Assembly: GCA_963674595.2 (NCBI GenBank)
Contig: CAXXFV010000018.1
Span: 32,001 to 96,000 of the forward strand
Direction: 5' to 3'
Length of the DNA stretch: 64,000 bases
Source: a bacterium
GTDB lineage: Bacteria; Zhuqueibacterota; Zhuqueibacteria; Residuimicrobiales; Krinioviventaceae
Of the stretch, positions 37,771 through 48,340 are shown one piece after another (position 1 is the stretch's first letter; each line of letters opens with the position of its first letter). A program made the translations under genes and the position numbers. The notes under the pieces are model-generated. The model had not been told where the DNA came from. It saw nothing but the letters and a program-made list of their open reading frames with translations, and ran no database searches.

Positions 37771-40700
37771 TTAATCTGCTCTAAAATATTTAGCCTGTGG
37801 ATGATGAACAATAAAAGCTGACGTCGTTTGTTCAGGAACCATCTGGTCTTCGTCCGAAATGGAAACACCAATTCGACCAGGATCAAGCAGTTGAAATAAT
37901 TTTCGGTTTTCAGCCAAATCCGGACAGGCCGGATAACCAAAAGAATATCGTGAACCACGGTATTTTTGTAAGACAAATTCGTCAATGGAATTTCCATCCT
38001 GATCCGCTATACCCAATTCAAGACGAATTTGTTTATGCCAGTATTCGGCAAGCGATTCAGCAGCCTCAACACTGAGTCCATGAAACTGCAAATAGTCTTT
38101 ATAGGAATCACTCTCATACAGCCGTTTGGATTCCTGATCCGCATTATGACCGACAGTTGCCACCTGTAAAGCAATCACATCTTTACGCCCGGATTTAACC
38201 GGCAGGAAAAAATCGGCAATACATCGAAAGGGCGACTGTTTTTGTCTCGGAAAATGAAACCGGGTCCATTCTTTATCGGTATTGGGATGATAAATGACAA
38301 CATCATCACCGTCGCTGTTACACGGATAATAACCATAAACAACTTGAGGAGCAAGTAAATTTTGCTCAATACAGATCGTTTTTAATCTTTTATATTCGGG
38401 ACGAACATGATCATTTAACAATTTTTCATATTCGTTTGTTGAAAGCTTTCCCTTTTTATATCCCCAGCGTCCCCGGAACAAAACCGTCTCTGTAATATAT
38501 TCAAAAACTGTTTCCAGTTTTATATCGGAAACAATTTTACTATTCCAAAAAGGCGGTTCAGGAACTTCAATATCCTGAGAAATAATTTCCTCTTTAACTT
38601 TAACAGCCGGTTTTTTAATTACGTTCTTGACGGATTTTTGAGTCGATTTTTGAAAATTGAGATTATTTTCTTTAATCGCTTCCATAACCCGCAAACCTTC
38701 AAAGGCATCTGAACAGTAAAGCACAGGTGAATCAATAACGGCATTACAAACATCATCGACATAACTTTTTGTTAAAGCAGCGCCGCCAAGTAACACCGGG
38801 ATATGAATATTTCTTTTCTGCATCTCTTCGAGGTTTTCTTTCATAATAACAGTAGACTTGACCAGTAATCCACTCATACCGATAGCGTCTGCATGGACCT
38901 CTTTTGCTTTTTGCAAAATTGTATCAATCTCGCATTTAATACCGAGATTATAAACTTTGTAACCGTTATTACTGAGAATTATATCAACCAGATTTTTACC
39001 AATATCGTGTACATCACCTCTTACGGTTGCCAACACAATACTTTTTTGAATGTGGTCGTCGGTCTTTTCCATATATGGTTTTAGTTTGTCGACGGAAAAC
39101 TTCATCACTTCAGCCGCCTGAAGAACAAAAGGAAGCTGCATTTTTCCGGCCCCAAACAATTCACCCACGACTTTCATGGCAGGTATTAGTAATTCATTCA
39201 CAATATCCAATGCAGATATTTGCTCAAGTTTTTCTAAAAGCAGTGTTTCCAAACCGGATCGGTTACCCTGAATGACTTTATGCTTAATCTTTTCATCAAT
39301 GTCCAGTTCATCTTCGACAATATTTTTGGTTTCAACGCCGGCTTTTTGTTCAAAATGTTTTATAAATGAAATAAGAGGATTTTCACCCCTGTTGTAAACC
39401 AGGTCCAGACTAAAATCAATATCCTGCTGGTCGATCTGATACAGCGGCATTATTTTTTTTACATTAACAATAGCCAAATCCAAACCGGCTTTAACAGCTT
39501 CATCTAAAAAGACGGAATTTAACACTTCTCTGGAATGGGGACTTAGTCCGAAGGAGATATTGCTGACACCCAATATTGTAAACACACCCGGCAGTTCGGC
39601 TTTTATATTGCGGATACCCTCGATGGTATTAATCCCGGCGGTCATTAATGATTCATCACCGCTGCCCAGGGTAAATGTCAGTGCATCAAAAATCAAATCC
39701 TGAGGATGTAATCCATGTTGGTCCACAGCAATTTGATGCAGCCGTTTGGCTATTTCTACTTTTCTATCCACTTCAAGGGCCATGCCCTGCTCATCAATGG
39801 TCAGGGCTATAAGCGCGGCGCCGTATCTTTTTGCCAATCGGCAAATCTCATGGACCTTATCCTCACCGGCTTCCAGGTTAATGGAATTGATAACGGCCCT
39901 CCCCCCAATTAACTTCAAAGCGTCTTCGATAACAACCGCATCCGTAGAATCGATCACTATCGGCAAATCGATCTGTGTTACAATCCTTTTAACAGCGTTT
40001 TCCATATCAGCCGTTTCATTTCGGCCGGTATAAGCAACACATAAATCCAAGGCATGGGCGCCGGTATTTTGCTGTTCTCTGGCGACATCGACAATACCGT
40101 CCCAGTCCTCTTTTAACAGATAATCTCTGAATTTTTTACTGCCGTTGGTATTGGCGCGTTCACCCACAAAAAAAGGACCCGGCTGCTGATGTAAATTCTT
40201 TTCACTGAATAATGAAGACACCGTATAGTTTTTATCAACAGAACGAACAGCCGGTTGAATATGCTCAAATTGTTTGCTTACTTGCGCCATAAAATCAGGC
40301 GTTGTGCCGCAGCAGCCTCCGACAATTTGCACACCATCTTCTTCAATAAATTCAGTGAGCACCTTGACAAAATCTTCAACCTTTAGTGTATAAACCAATT
40401 CCCCGTCAACATTTTCCGGCAAGCCGGCATTGGGTTGACACAAAACAGCGCCGGGAAACTGGCGGCAGATTTCTTTAATATAGGGCCGCATGTGTTCCGG
40501 ACCGGTGGCACAATTCATTCCCAAAATATCAACATCAAAGGGCGCCAAAGCGCGCTTAAAACAGCCGTAATTTCCGAACCGACTAAAAGAGTTCCGGTGG
40601 ATTCGACTGTCACCGAAACAGCAATCGGCAGCCGAACGTTCATTGATTTAAACGTATCGGTAATGGCCGCTAAACATACTTTTATTTGCAGCAGATCCTG

Positions 40701-41174
40701 ACACGTTTCAACCACCAGTAAATCAACGCCGCCTTCAACAAGGCCCTGTACCTGCTGCTGGTAGGAATGATACATGGTGTCAAAATCGGTTTGTCCCAGA
40801 CTGACGAGTTTTGTCCCGGGACCAATGGAACCGGCGATATAACGCGGTTTAATGGAATTGTATTTTTCGACAGCTTTACGGGCAATTTCCCCGGCTGTTT
40901 TGTTAATCTCCAGAACACGGTCCTGTAAATCATATTCCGACAAAACAATAATATTTGCGCCAAATGTATTGGTTTCAACAACATCACATCCGGCTTTTAA
41001 ATAGCCTTCATGAATCGCCTGAATTTTATCGGGCACAGTCAGATTCAGCACCTCGCTGCAGCCGATTTTATTGTCCCACTCTTCAAGAGTGGGCTGAAAG
41101 GCCTGAATTTGTGTTCCCATGGCCCCGTCAAATAAAACCGGACCTTTTTTTAATCTATCTAAAAATATCATCAA
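37771..41174 (-). pseudogene. metH: B12-dependent methionine synthase split by a frameshift at ~40550 (lesion or sequencing error)
   Basis: [56 protein letters not shown]; deleting one GC from GCGCGC (40550-40555) joins the two ORFs as ...SALAPFDV. Confidence 0.9.
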
Positions 41175-41409
41175 CCCCGACTGCTTTCTTTATTCAATAT
41201 ATTATAATCATCAACACAATCTTTTAAAGATTGAAATATAACAATTTAGATGAGAATTTCAAATATAATAATAATCTTATTGCATTTTATTCAAAATTCT
41301 CTTAGGTTCAGCAAATTCTGTCATAATTGGTTTTCAACCCATATTCAATAAAAAAGCAGACCGATTTTTAAATCCATTTACCCAAAACGACCCATTTTAA
41401 GAGAACAAA

Positions 41410-42624
41410 ATGAACATAACAACAGAATTTGAAAAAAGATGGCAATCACTGGATGATAATATAAAAACCTGGTGGGACGGTGATTTCAGCAGGGCCAATG
41501 AAAAAGAGATACGTAACGATCCAAAAGGGACCCTGCTTTATCTACCGCATCCCTACAGTACCGCCGGCGGCAGTGAATCGGCTTTCCCTGAAATGTATGG
41601 CTGGGACACCTATTTTATCAACCTTGCCCTGCTCGAACACGGACGTTTTGACCTGGTTCGCAACCATATTGTCAACCATCTTTTTATGATTGAAAAGCAT
41701 GGTATGGTGCTGAACGGTAATCGCGATTATTATCTGACCCGTTCCCAAACGCCTTTACTGGCCGAGGGTATTTGGCGGTATCACCAAAAACATCCGGACA
41801 AAGATTTGTTGTGTATGGCTTTTCCCTTGTTAAAAAAAGAGTATAATAACTATTGGCTGGCGGAACACCACCAAACACCCACAGGTCTGGCAACAAACCG
41901 CGACCTGGGTGATCCCAATTGGCGGCCTGAGCTGGCTGCCGAAGCAGAGATAACGGACTTTACCCCTTGTTTTGACGGAGATGTTAGACAATGCAATCCT
42001 GTGGCAACAAACTGTGCCCTGATCCAATACGCCAACAATATTGCCAAAATTGCCGGTGAACTGGGCTGGCCCGAGCAAGCACAGGAGTGGCAAAAAGAAG
42101 CACAAAAAAGAACAGAACTCGTTCAAAAATATTGCTGGGATGAAGAACAGGGATTTTTCTTTGATTATCATTTTATCAGACAGGAAAGATTACCCTATTG
42201 GTCTGTTTTGGGATTTTGGCCCATGTGGGTTAACATCGCCACGCCGGCACAGGCTGAAAAGATGATGCAAAACCTTGAAAAATTCAACCAGCCGCACGGT
42301 TTAACATCTACAGCGGAACAATATGCCAGTCCGCACCCCGAATATGAATGGGTGCAATTCAACTATCCGGCAGGATGGCCGCCCATGCATGTTATGCCGG
42401 TGGAGGGATTGATAACATACGGTTATGAAAAACAAGCCAAAGAGGTGTGTCATAAACTTTTAAACCTTATGCTGGACCTTTATGACAAAACGGGTAAACT
42501 GTGGGAAAAATACAATGTGGTTAAAGGAGATTTGGACCTTCCCAAAGAAAGATATGCCAGCGAACCCATGCACGGATTCATATCCGCATCGGTCGTTATA
42601 CTGGGTCGGCTGCTGCTGAAATAA
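41410..42624 (+). CDS. Trehalase family glycosidase (GH37), no signal peptide
   Basis: F.EMYGWDTYF, NG.R.YYLTRSQ.P, QFNYP.GWPP, WEKYNV. Confidence 0.88.
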   Translation: MNITTEFEKRWQSLDDNIKTWWDGDFSRANEKEIRNDPKGTLLYLPHPYSTAGGSESAFPEMYGWDTYFINLALLEHGRFDLVRNHIVNHLFMIEKHGMVLNGNRDYYLTRSQTPLLAEGIWRYHQKHPDKDLLCMAFPLLKKEYNNYWLAEHHQTPTGLATNRDLGDPNWRPELAAEAEITDFTPCFDGDVRQCNPVATNCALIQYANNIAKIAGELGWPEQAQEWQKEAQKRTELVQKYCWDEEQGFFFDYHFIRQERLPYWSVLGFWPMWVNIATPAQAEKMMQNLEKFNQPHGLTSTAEQYASPHPEYEWVQFNYPAGWPPMHVMPVEGLITYGYEKQAKEVCHKLLNLMLDLYDKTGKLWEKYNVVKGDLDLPKERYASEPMHGFISASVVILGRLLLK

Positions 42625-42635
42625 AGGAACCATCA

Positions 42636-42917
42636 ATGTTTTTAAAATACATAGACAAAGTACCTGAAAAATACTGGGAAACAATCGGACTGCTTTTCGG
42701 CGTTGTCGCCAACCTTGCCATTGCTTTTCAAATCGTTCATGAATTTAAGACTCCCGGCAGCAGTTCCATTTCCATTTTTCATCTGCTGTCATTTACTGGC
42801 ATTTATATTTTTTGGACATTGTACGGAATACGGTTCAGACGAATTGCAGTCTGGCTGACAAACGGTCTGGCAATGATTTTGCAATTTTCATTAATGATGA
42901 TTTGCCTGTTCTTTTAG
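42636..42917 (+). CDS. SemiSWEET/PQ-loop-like 3-TM sugar transporter
   Basis: 93 aa, three TMs, Q....K...S..IS, W.LYG......W..N. Confidence 0.6.
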   Translation: MFLKYIDKVPEKYWETIGLLFGVVANLAIAFQIVHEFKTPGSSSISIFHLLSFTGIYIFWTLYGIRFRRIAVWLTNGLAMILQFSLMMICLFF

Positions 42918-43040
42918 CATTACACGGTTATAATGGTACTGGCTTATCCTTCAAGTCAAATGTAGAGGGCCGGTAGTGCTTATGGTTGTTGGACAGGTGA
43001 AACAAAAAGATTTCCTTTACACAAAACAAAGCGATAAAAA

Positions 43041-43511
43041 ATGACACCAGCTATTAACACAGCCCAAAAAGCAAAAATCAAATTTACGGTCCATGAATAC
43101 AGTCATGATCCAAACACAAGTTCCTATGGTGAAGAGGCTGCTGAAAAACTGGGAATTGAGCAGAACAGGGTTTTTAAAACGCTTGTTGTGGCAAATGAAC
43201 AAAACGATCTTTATGTTGCCATTGTGCCGGTTTCATCCCAGTTGAATTTCAAACTGTGCGCCAAAGCCATCGGATGTAAAAAAATCGCCATGGCGGATAA
43301 AAAACTGGTTGAAAGAACAACCGGGTATTTGCTGGGCGGCGTTAGCCCGATCGGACAGAAAAAAATACTGCCGACAATAATCCATGAAACGGCTAAAGAG
43401 TTTGATACCATATTCGTTAGTGCCGGGAAAAGAGGTCTGCAAATAGAACTCGTGCCTGATGATTTGCTTTTTCTGACCAGGGCAAAATACGATTGTATTT
43501 GCGAAGAATAA
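43041..43511 (+). CDS. ybaK: Cys-tRNA(Pro) deacylase
   Basis: MTPAI, VFKTLV, TGYLLGGVSPIGQKK, SAGKRGLQIE. Confidence 0.94.
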   Translation: MTPAINTAQKAKIKFTVHEYSHDPNTSSYGEEAAEKLGIEQNRVFKTLVVANEQNDLYVAIVPVSSQLNFKLCAKAIGCKKIAMADKKLVERTTGYLLGGVSPIGQKKILPTIIHETAKEFDTIFVSAGKRGLQIELVPDDLLFLTRAKYDCICEE

Positions 43512-43897
43512 ACATTGTTTGTTGATCATACAGTGGTTCCAACATCCGGACACAGTAATTTAAGGCTTGGCCTTTGCAGATATTAACCATCATCATCAAA
43601 AAAAGGTTACATAATTATTCGTTGGCCCCGGCCTGCAACTAATAAGAAAAAAGTATTTGCTGCCTTATAAGAGCCGGCAGGCAAAAGGTTTATCAAATGG
43701 AGTATATTTTTATCGATTAAAAGCTGAGGATCCTTTGACAGGTTCAAGACAAAGTTTTTCAGAAACAAAAAAATTAATTTTGCTAAAGTAATGTGTATGA
43801 ATTATATTGTATAATGCTTAACCGTTGTGTTCCGGATTTATCGCGCTGTTTTCATTAAATATTTTCCGGCAACCTATAATTAACGAGGGGAATTGAT

Positions 43898-44728
43898 ATG
43901 AATCGCTCAGGAAAAATAATTTTATTTTGTATTATACTCTCAGGTTTTCTGATTTATTGCAGCAAAGACGACTCTCTTTTATCTGATAATTATGAAACAA
44001 CCAATTATAAAACAGACCCGAATTATCCCACCACCTTAATGCCCTTAACCCAGGACAAATTACAGCCGTTACAAAAGGAATTTGATGCTTTAAACGGTTC
44101 TGCAATTCGTACACGACTGAATCAATATGGATTCACAGGTAAAGATGATGATACATCACTCCATCCGTATCCCGGAATAAAATTTACCAAAAATAAAGCC
44201 CTGCAAATGGCGGTAACCTGTTTGTTAAAAAACAAAAAGTTTACAAATACCGCCGATAGCCAGGATTTATTGTCAAATATCCACCATATTCAGCTACTTG
44301 AAACCGACAGCACAGCCTGGAAAATCGTATTTGGTCCGCAAAGTTATAACGGCCTGAAAATTCCTCATTCCTTCATACCCGTCTATTTATACGGAGACGG
44401 CGTTTACGAATTGTCCGGTTTTTGGTATTCAAACATTTATATACCGCCAATTGATAATTTTACCATAAACCATGCAAAAGCCAATATCATTGGAAAATCC
44501 ATCACCTATTACGGTGATGACGGCAAACCAATCGAGTTTATTATCGCTCAAAATTCAATACTGGAACCGATAGAAAAAGCCATATATGCACTGGACAAAC
44601 AAAATTCTATCGAATTACGTGTGGTATGGAAAATACCTATTGGAGAGGATGATTTTGCAGCATGGCACCTGTATTTTGATACGACAACCGGTGAAATTGT
44701 GAAAATAATTCAAGAGTTTAGAACGTAA
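43898..44728 (+). CDS. Hypothetical lipoprotein with PepSY-like C-terminus
   Basis: Lipobox-like LIYC; ELRVVWKI...W..YFDTTTGEIV. Confidence 0.55.
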   Translation: MNRSGKIILFCIILSGFLIYCSKDDSLLSDNYETTNYKTDPNYPTTLMPLTQDKLQPLQKEFDALNGSAIRTRLNQYGFTGKDDDTSLHPYPGIKFTKNKALQMAVTCLLKNKKFTNTADSQDLLSNIHHIQLLETDSTAWKIVFGPQSYNGLKIPHSFIPVYLYGDGVYELSGFWYSNIYIPPIDNFTINHAKANIIGKSITYYGDDGKPIEFIIAQNSILEPIEKAIYALDKQNSIELRVVWKIPIGEDDFAAWHLYFDTTTGEIVKIIQEFRT

Positions 44729-44900
44729 AAACTTGAAACATCCCGGACGTTTCCCAGGGACGGTAAATTACAGGAATATCTATTATCAATATAAGGTTAA
44801 TGTAATGAATTATTATAATCGGAATAAATCTATTAATTGTTTTTTTGTAGCATACTGCAGACGCCGGACCGCAAACAGGTAGTTGAAAAGAGGAATGGAT

Positions 44901-45272
44901 ATGTCTTATACCATTGAGCATCTGGAAAATGAGGGGATATTTCTGATTACAAATATCGGTAAATTCACACACAAAGATTTTATGAAGCAAGCCATCGAGG
45001 CAATAAAAATCGCCGAAACCCAAAATTGCCACAAGTTTCTGTCGGATTGCACCTCAATGTATCTCGAAACAAACACCATGAATATTTACGATACTTCCGG
45101 CTATTATAATGAAATCAATGTTTCCAGGGAAAGCAAAATAGCGTTGCTGGTTCCGCCCGGACACAAAAGTGAAAAAGACCTAAAGTTCTTTGAAACCGTC
45201 AACGTCAATAAAGGCTGGCAAATTAAATTATTCGGCGATAAAGAGTCTGCCGTGAAATGGCTTCAGGAATAG
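44901..45272 (+). CDS. STAS/SEC14 (SpoIIAA-like) small protein, tandem copy 1
   Basis: K.L.D, KIALLV, F.ETV..N.G...K.F.D.ESA..WL. Confidence 0.7.
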   Translation: MSYTIEHLENEGIFLITNIGKFTHKDFMKQAIEAIKIAETQNCHKFLSDCTSMYLETNTMNIYDTSGYYNEINVSRESKIALLVPPGHKSEKDLKFFETVNVNKGWQIKLFGDKESAVKWLQE

Positions 45273-45316
45273 TCACATCCACCAAATGACGCATTCAGTC
45301 AAAAAAAGGAACGGAT

Positions 45317-45688
45317 ATGTCTTATACTATTGAGTATCTGGAAAAAGATGGGATAATTCTGATAACAAACATCGGTGAGTTCACGCACAAAGATTTCATG
45401 AAGCAGGCCAGTGAGGCACTGGAAGTGTCGCATCGTAAGAATTGTAAAAAGTTACTGGTAGACTGCACCTCGATGATTCTCAGCTCAAATCTCATGAATA
45501 TATATAATACTTCTGACTATTATGAAGAGATTAATGCACCCAGGGAAAACAAAATAGCTTTGGTGGTTACGCCTGGATCGGCAATCGAAAAGGACATGCG
45601 GTTTTATGAAACAGTCTGCATAAATACCGGTTGGCAGGCCAAAATGTTCGGCGATGAAGAGTCGGCAATGCAGTGGCTTCAGGATTAA
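45317..45688 (+). CDS. STAS/SEC14 (SpoIIAA-like) small protein, tandem copy 2
   Basis: Closely similar to copy 1 (MSYTIE.LE..GI.LITNIG.FTHKDFMKQA). Confidence 0.7.
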   Translation: MSYTIEYLEKDGIILITNIGEFTHKDFMKQASEALEVSHRKNCKKLLVDCTSMILSSNLMNIYNTSDYYEEINAPRENKIALVVTPGSAIEKDMRFYETVCINTGWQAKMFGDEESAMQWLQD

Positions 45689-45982
45689 TACTGTCGCCCA
45701 GCATAATTTTAAACTGTCCCGGATATATTGTCATCTCACGCTTAAATAAATGAGGTGTTTTCCCCGCATAGAAAAATTAACAGGGAAAGTTTAACAACAA
45801 GGGAGAAGAGTGATTTATATCCTGATTAAAAAGGCATAACAAGGAATCCGGAGAACAAGTCAAGTGGATTTTCTGTAAGGTGTAATAAGGAATAACGAAT
45901 TGATTATTTTTTAAAAAAAATTTGCCTTCACCGGAAATTTTTACGGCTAACCAAATCGCTTATAAAAATCAAGTGAGGTATT

Positions 45983-46483
45983 ATGATACGAAAAATTGCT
46001 CTTGTAATTTTTTTACTGGTGTGTGCGTTTTATATAGCACAGGGGATATATTATTATCCGCAATTGCCGGAAAAAATCGCCTCTCATTTTACCATGTCCG
46101 GCCGGCCAAACGGGTGGATGGCTAAAAGCAATTTTATGACAATTAATTACAGCATTACGGGATTCATAATCATCACTTTTATGGGACTCAGTTTCGGCCT
46201 GTCTAAAATTCCTGTTTCCATGCTCAACATGCCCAACAAAAATTATTGGCTTTCTGATGAACAGAAACAGAAAACTTGTGATTTCATGTCACACTATATA
46301 TTATGGTTTGGCTCAATGACCGTGATGTTGTTGACATGTATCAACTATCACTTATTTCAATTCAACATAAAAAAAATGCAATTCTTGCCCTATAATAAGG
46401 AAATTTTTAGCATATATTTCGTATTTACAGCTATATGGATTTGGGGCCTGTATAAAAGATTTGGTAAAAAAGATAAATCATAA
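45983..46483 (+). CDS. DUF1648 (SdpI-like) membrane protein
   Basis: YPQLPEKIASHF..SG.PNGW..K, N.PNK.YWL. Confidence 0.85.
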   Translation: MIRKIALVIFLLVCAFYIAQGIYYYPQLPEKIASHFTMSGRPNGWMAKSNFMTINYSITGFIIITFMGLSFGLSKIPVSMLNMPNKNYWLSDEQKQKTCDFMSHYILWFGSMTVMLLTCINYHLFQFNIKKMQFLPYNKEIFSIYFVFTAIWIWGLYKRFGKKDKS

Positions 46484-46509
46484 AATATCCTGAACTATTT
46501 AAAAAACCG

Positions 46510-46537
46510 CAATGCGACAGTCCTGCCGCATTGTTTT
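46510..46537 (+). terminator. Terminator hairpin
   Basis: CAATGCGACAG-TC-CTGCCGCATTG followed by TTTT. Confidence 0.55.
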
Positions 46538-46999
46538 ATGTTCACCCTATTTAATACCGTTGCCAAGATAAACCATCATCATTAAACGGAAACGTTATTA
46601 AATTATTGTCGTTCCTGGTCCTGGGGTTAGGGCGTTCATCTTGTTATTAAAAATCACTCCACAGGTCCCCCCTTTCATACCATTCAGCGTATTAAAATTT
46701 TCCGTCCATAAAAGATTTTGCGACGAAAAACCGAATTTTCTTCAAAACCGCTTACGCCACTGACTCAAAATTCGTACAATTTATTCACCAATCATAAAGG
46801 ATTGTTTTCAGGATAATTTATCCAAGTACGGGATGGCATGACATTCCTGGTATTTTACAGTCAATATATTTTGAGTTACACGCTACAGCAGAACGGCGCT
46901 CTATAACGATCCAGTTTCTAATCGAAAATTAAAACGGTCAACTGATAAAAGACACCAGGTGTCTTTATATATATCATATTTTTATTTGGAGGTATATTA

Positions 47000-47764
47000 A
47001 TGGTCGATTTTTTGTATGAAGGAAAAAAAATATTAATAGTTGAAGATCAAGTTATTATTGCAATGAATGAGATGGAAGAATTAAAATCTGTTGGATTTAA
47101 TCCTCTTTATGCCACCTCGGGCGAAGGTGCAATAAAAATCGTTGAAGAAAAAAATGGAAATTTTGATTTAATATTAATGGATATTGATCTGGGGCATAAT
47201 AAAATTAATGGCGCAGATACGGCAAAAAAAATTTTAAAAAAATATGATATTCCTATTGTTTTTGTATCGTCACATACCGAAAAAGAGATCATAGACGAAA
47301 CTGAAAAAATTACGGCTTATGGGTACATTTATAAAAATATTGAAAATTCGTTAAAATTGGCAAGTATCAAGATGGCATTAAGGTTATCTGAAAGTACTTT
47401 AAAAATAAAACGTTCTGAAGAAAAATTCATGACGGCATTTATGCTTAATCCTGCAACCGTGTCAATAAATGACATGGAAACAAACCAAATAGTCGACTGT
47501 AATTTAGCTTTCGAAAAAATAACCGGATACACCAAAGAAGAAGCTGTTGGAAAAACGGCCGCAGAATTGAATTTTTTTGAAGATATTGAAGAATTGGGAA
47601 GAATGTTAAAAGTTATAGAAGAACAAGGTGAACTGACAAACTTTAAACATATCTTTAAAAATCGCAGAGGAGAATCATTTTTAACATATCTGTCAACAAA
47701 AAAAATATGGTTAAATAACAGGCAATATCACATGGTATGCCAAACAGAATTCGAATCATTATAA
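47000..47764 (+). CDS. Response regulator with receiver + PAS domains and no output or kinase domain
   Basis: ILIVED, DLILMDIDL, FVSSH, YIYK; N.AFEKITGY.KEE..GK. Confidence 0.85.
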   Translation: MVDFLYEGKKILIVEDQVIIAMNEMEELKSVGFNPLYATSGEGAIKIVEEKNGNFDLILMDIDLGHNKINGADTAKKILKKYDIPIVFVSSHTEKEIIDETEKITAYGYIYKNIENSLKLASIKMALRLSESTLKIKRSEEKFMTAFMLNPATVSINDMETNQIVDCNLAFEKITGYTKEEAVGKTAAELNFFEDIEELGRMLKVIEEQGELTNFKHIFKNRRGESFLTYLSTKKIWLNNRQYHMVCQTEFESL

Positions 47765-47855
47765 AAAACCAGGTAAAAAGTTGAGAACAATACCAACAAG
47801 CTGTCTTTTACTCAAGTTTATGGTTTTATAATTTTCTACATTTTTTAAAAACCCC

Positions 47856-47884
47856 TTGCACCAATGACTGAAAATTTGTAATAT
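47856..47884 (+). promoter_or_regulatory. Putative sigma70 promoter at the head of the repeat-delimited gene array
   Basis: TTGCAC-17 nt-TAATAT with TG directly before the -10 box. Confidence 0.5.
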
Positions 47885-48107
47885 TATTTTATCAGTCATA
47901 AAGGTCTGTTATTCGGGGTAATTTAATAAGTATCCCCGCTGCTCACCGGCCTTTGGCTGGTTTTCCACACACATAAATGGGCTTTATACACACACGAGGA
48001 AGAGATTGCATCTGTTATTTAATCACATTCCTGCTGGTCCGTGTTCAATATATTTTGGATTGGGTGTGGTACGTCATGTTGCAAACATGTTGATTTTTTT
48101 GATGATG

Positions 48108-48251
48108 TTGTCATCCAAAGGTTCCGGCCTTTGGATGCAGAAAAATAAAGGCTGTGCCTTTGTAAATGATAACGTTAAACAAAAATCCATGAAATGGAGG
48201 GCCGAGCCCTCATGTTATTCCGTCCAGGGGTAGAGAATCCCTGGACTATCA
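48108..48251 (+). repeat. 144-bp multi-hairpin element, copy 1 (full length, variant left stem)
   Basis: Near-identical to 55338-55481 and 57453-57596. Confidence 0.92.
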
Positions 48252-48340
48252 GAGAAAAACACACGTCAATTATGGCCTACAGTTCAAACGGGCGTTAGCA
48301 TTTATAATCAATTATCACTACTCACATAAGGAGGAGAAAC

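Noticed and set aside
37752-37997. N-terminal extension of rubredoxin in the ORF track
   Set aside because: Overlaps the metH 3' end in another frame; a GGAGG RBS supports the start at 37751.
41175-41409. SAM or cobalamin riboswitch upstream of metH
   Set aside because: AT-rich divergent promoter region with no recognisable S-box or B12-box.
48006-48233. 75-aa ORF
   Set aside because: Shadow ORF running through repeat copy 1; no protein features.
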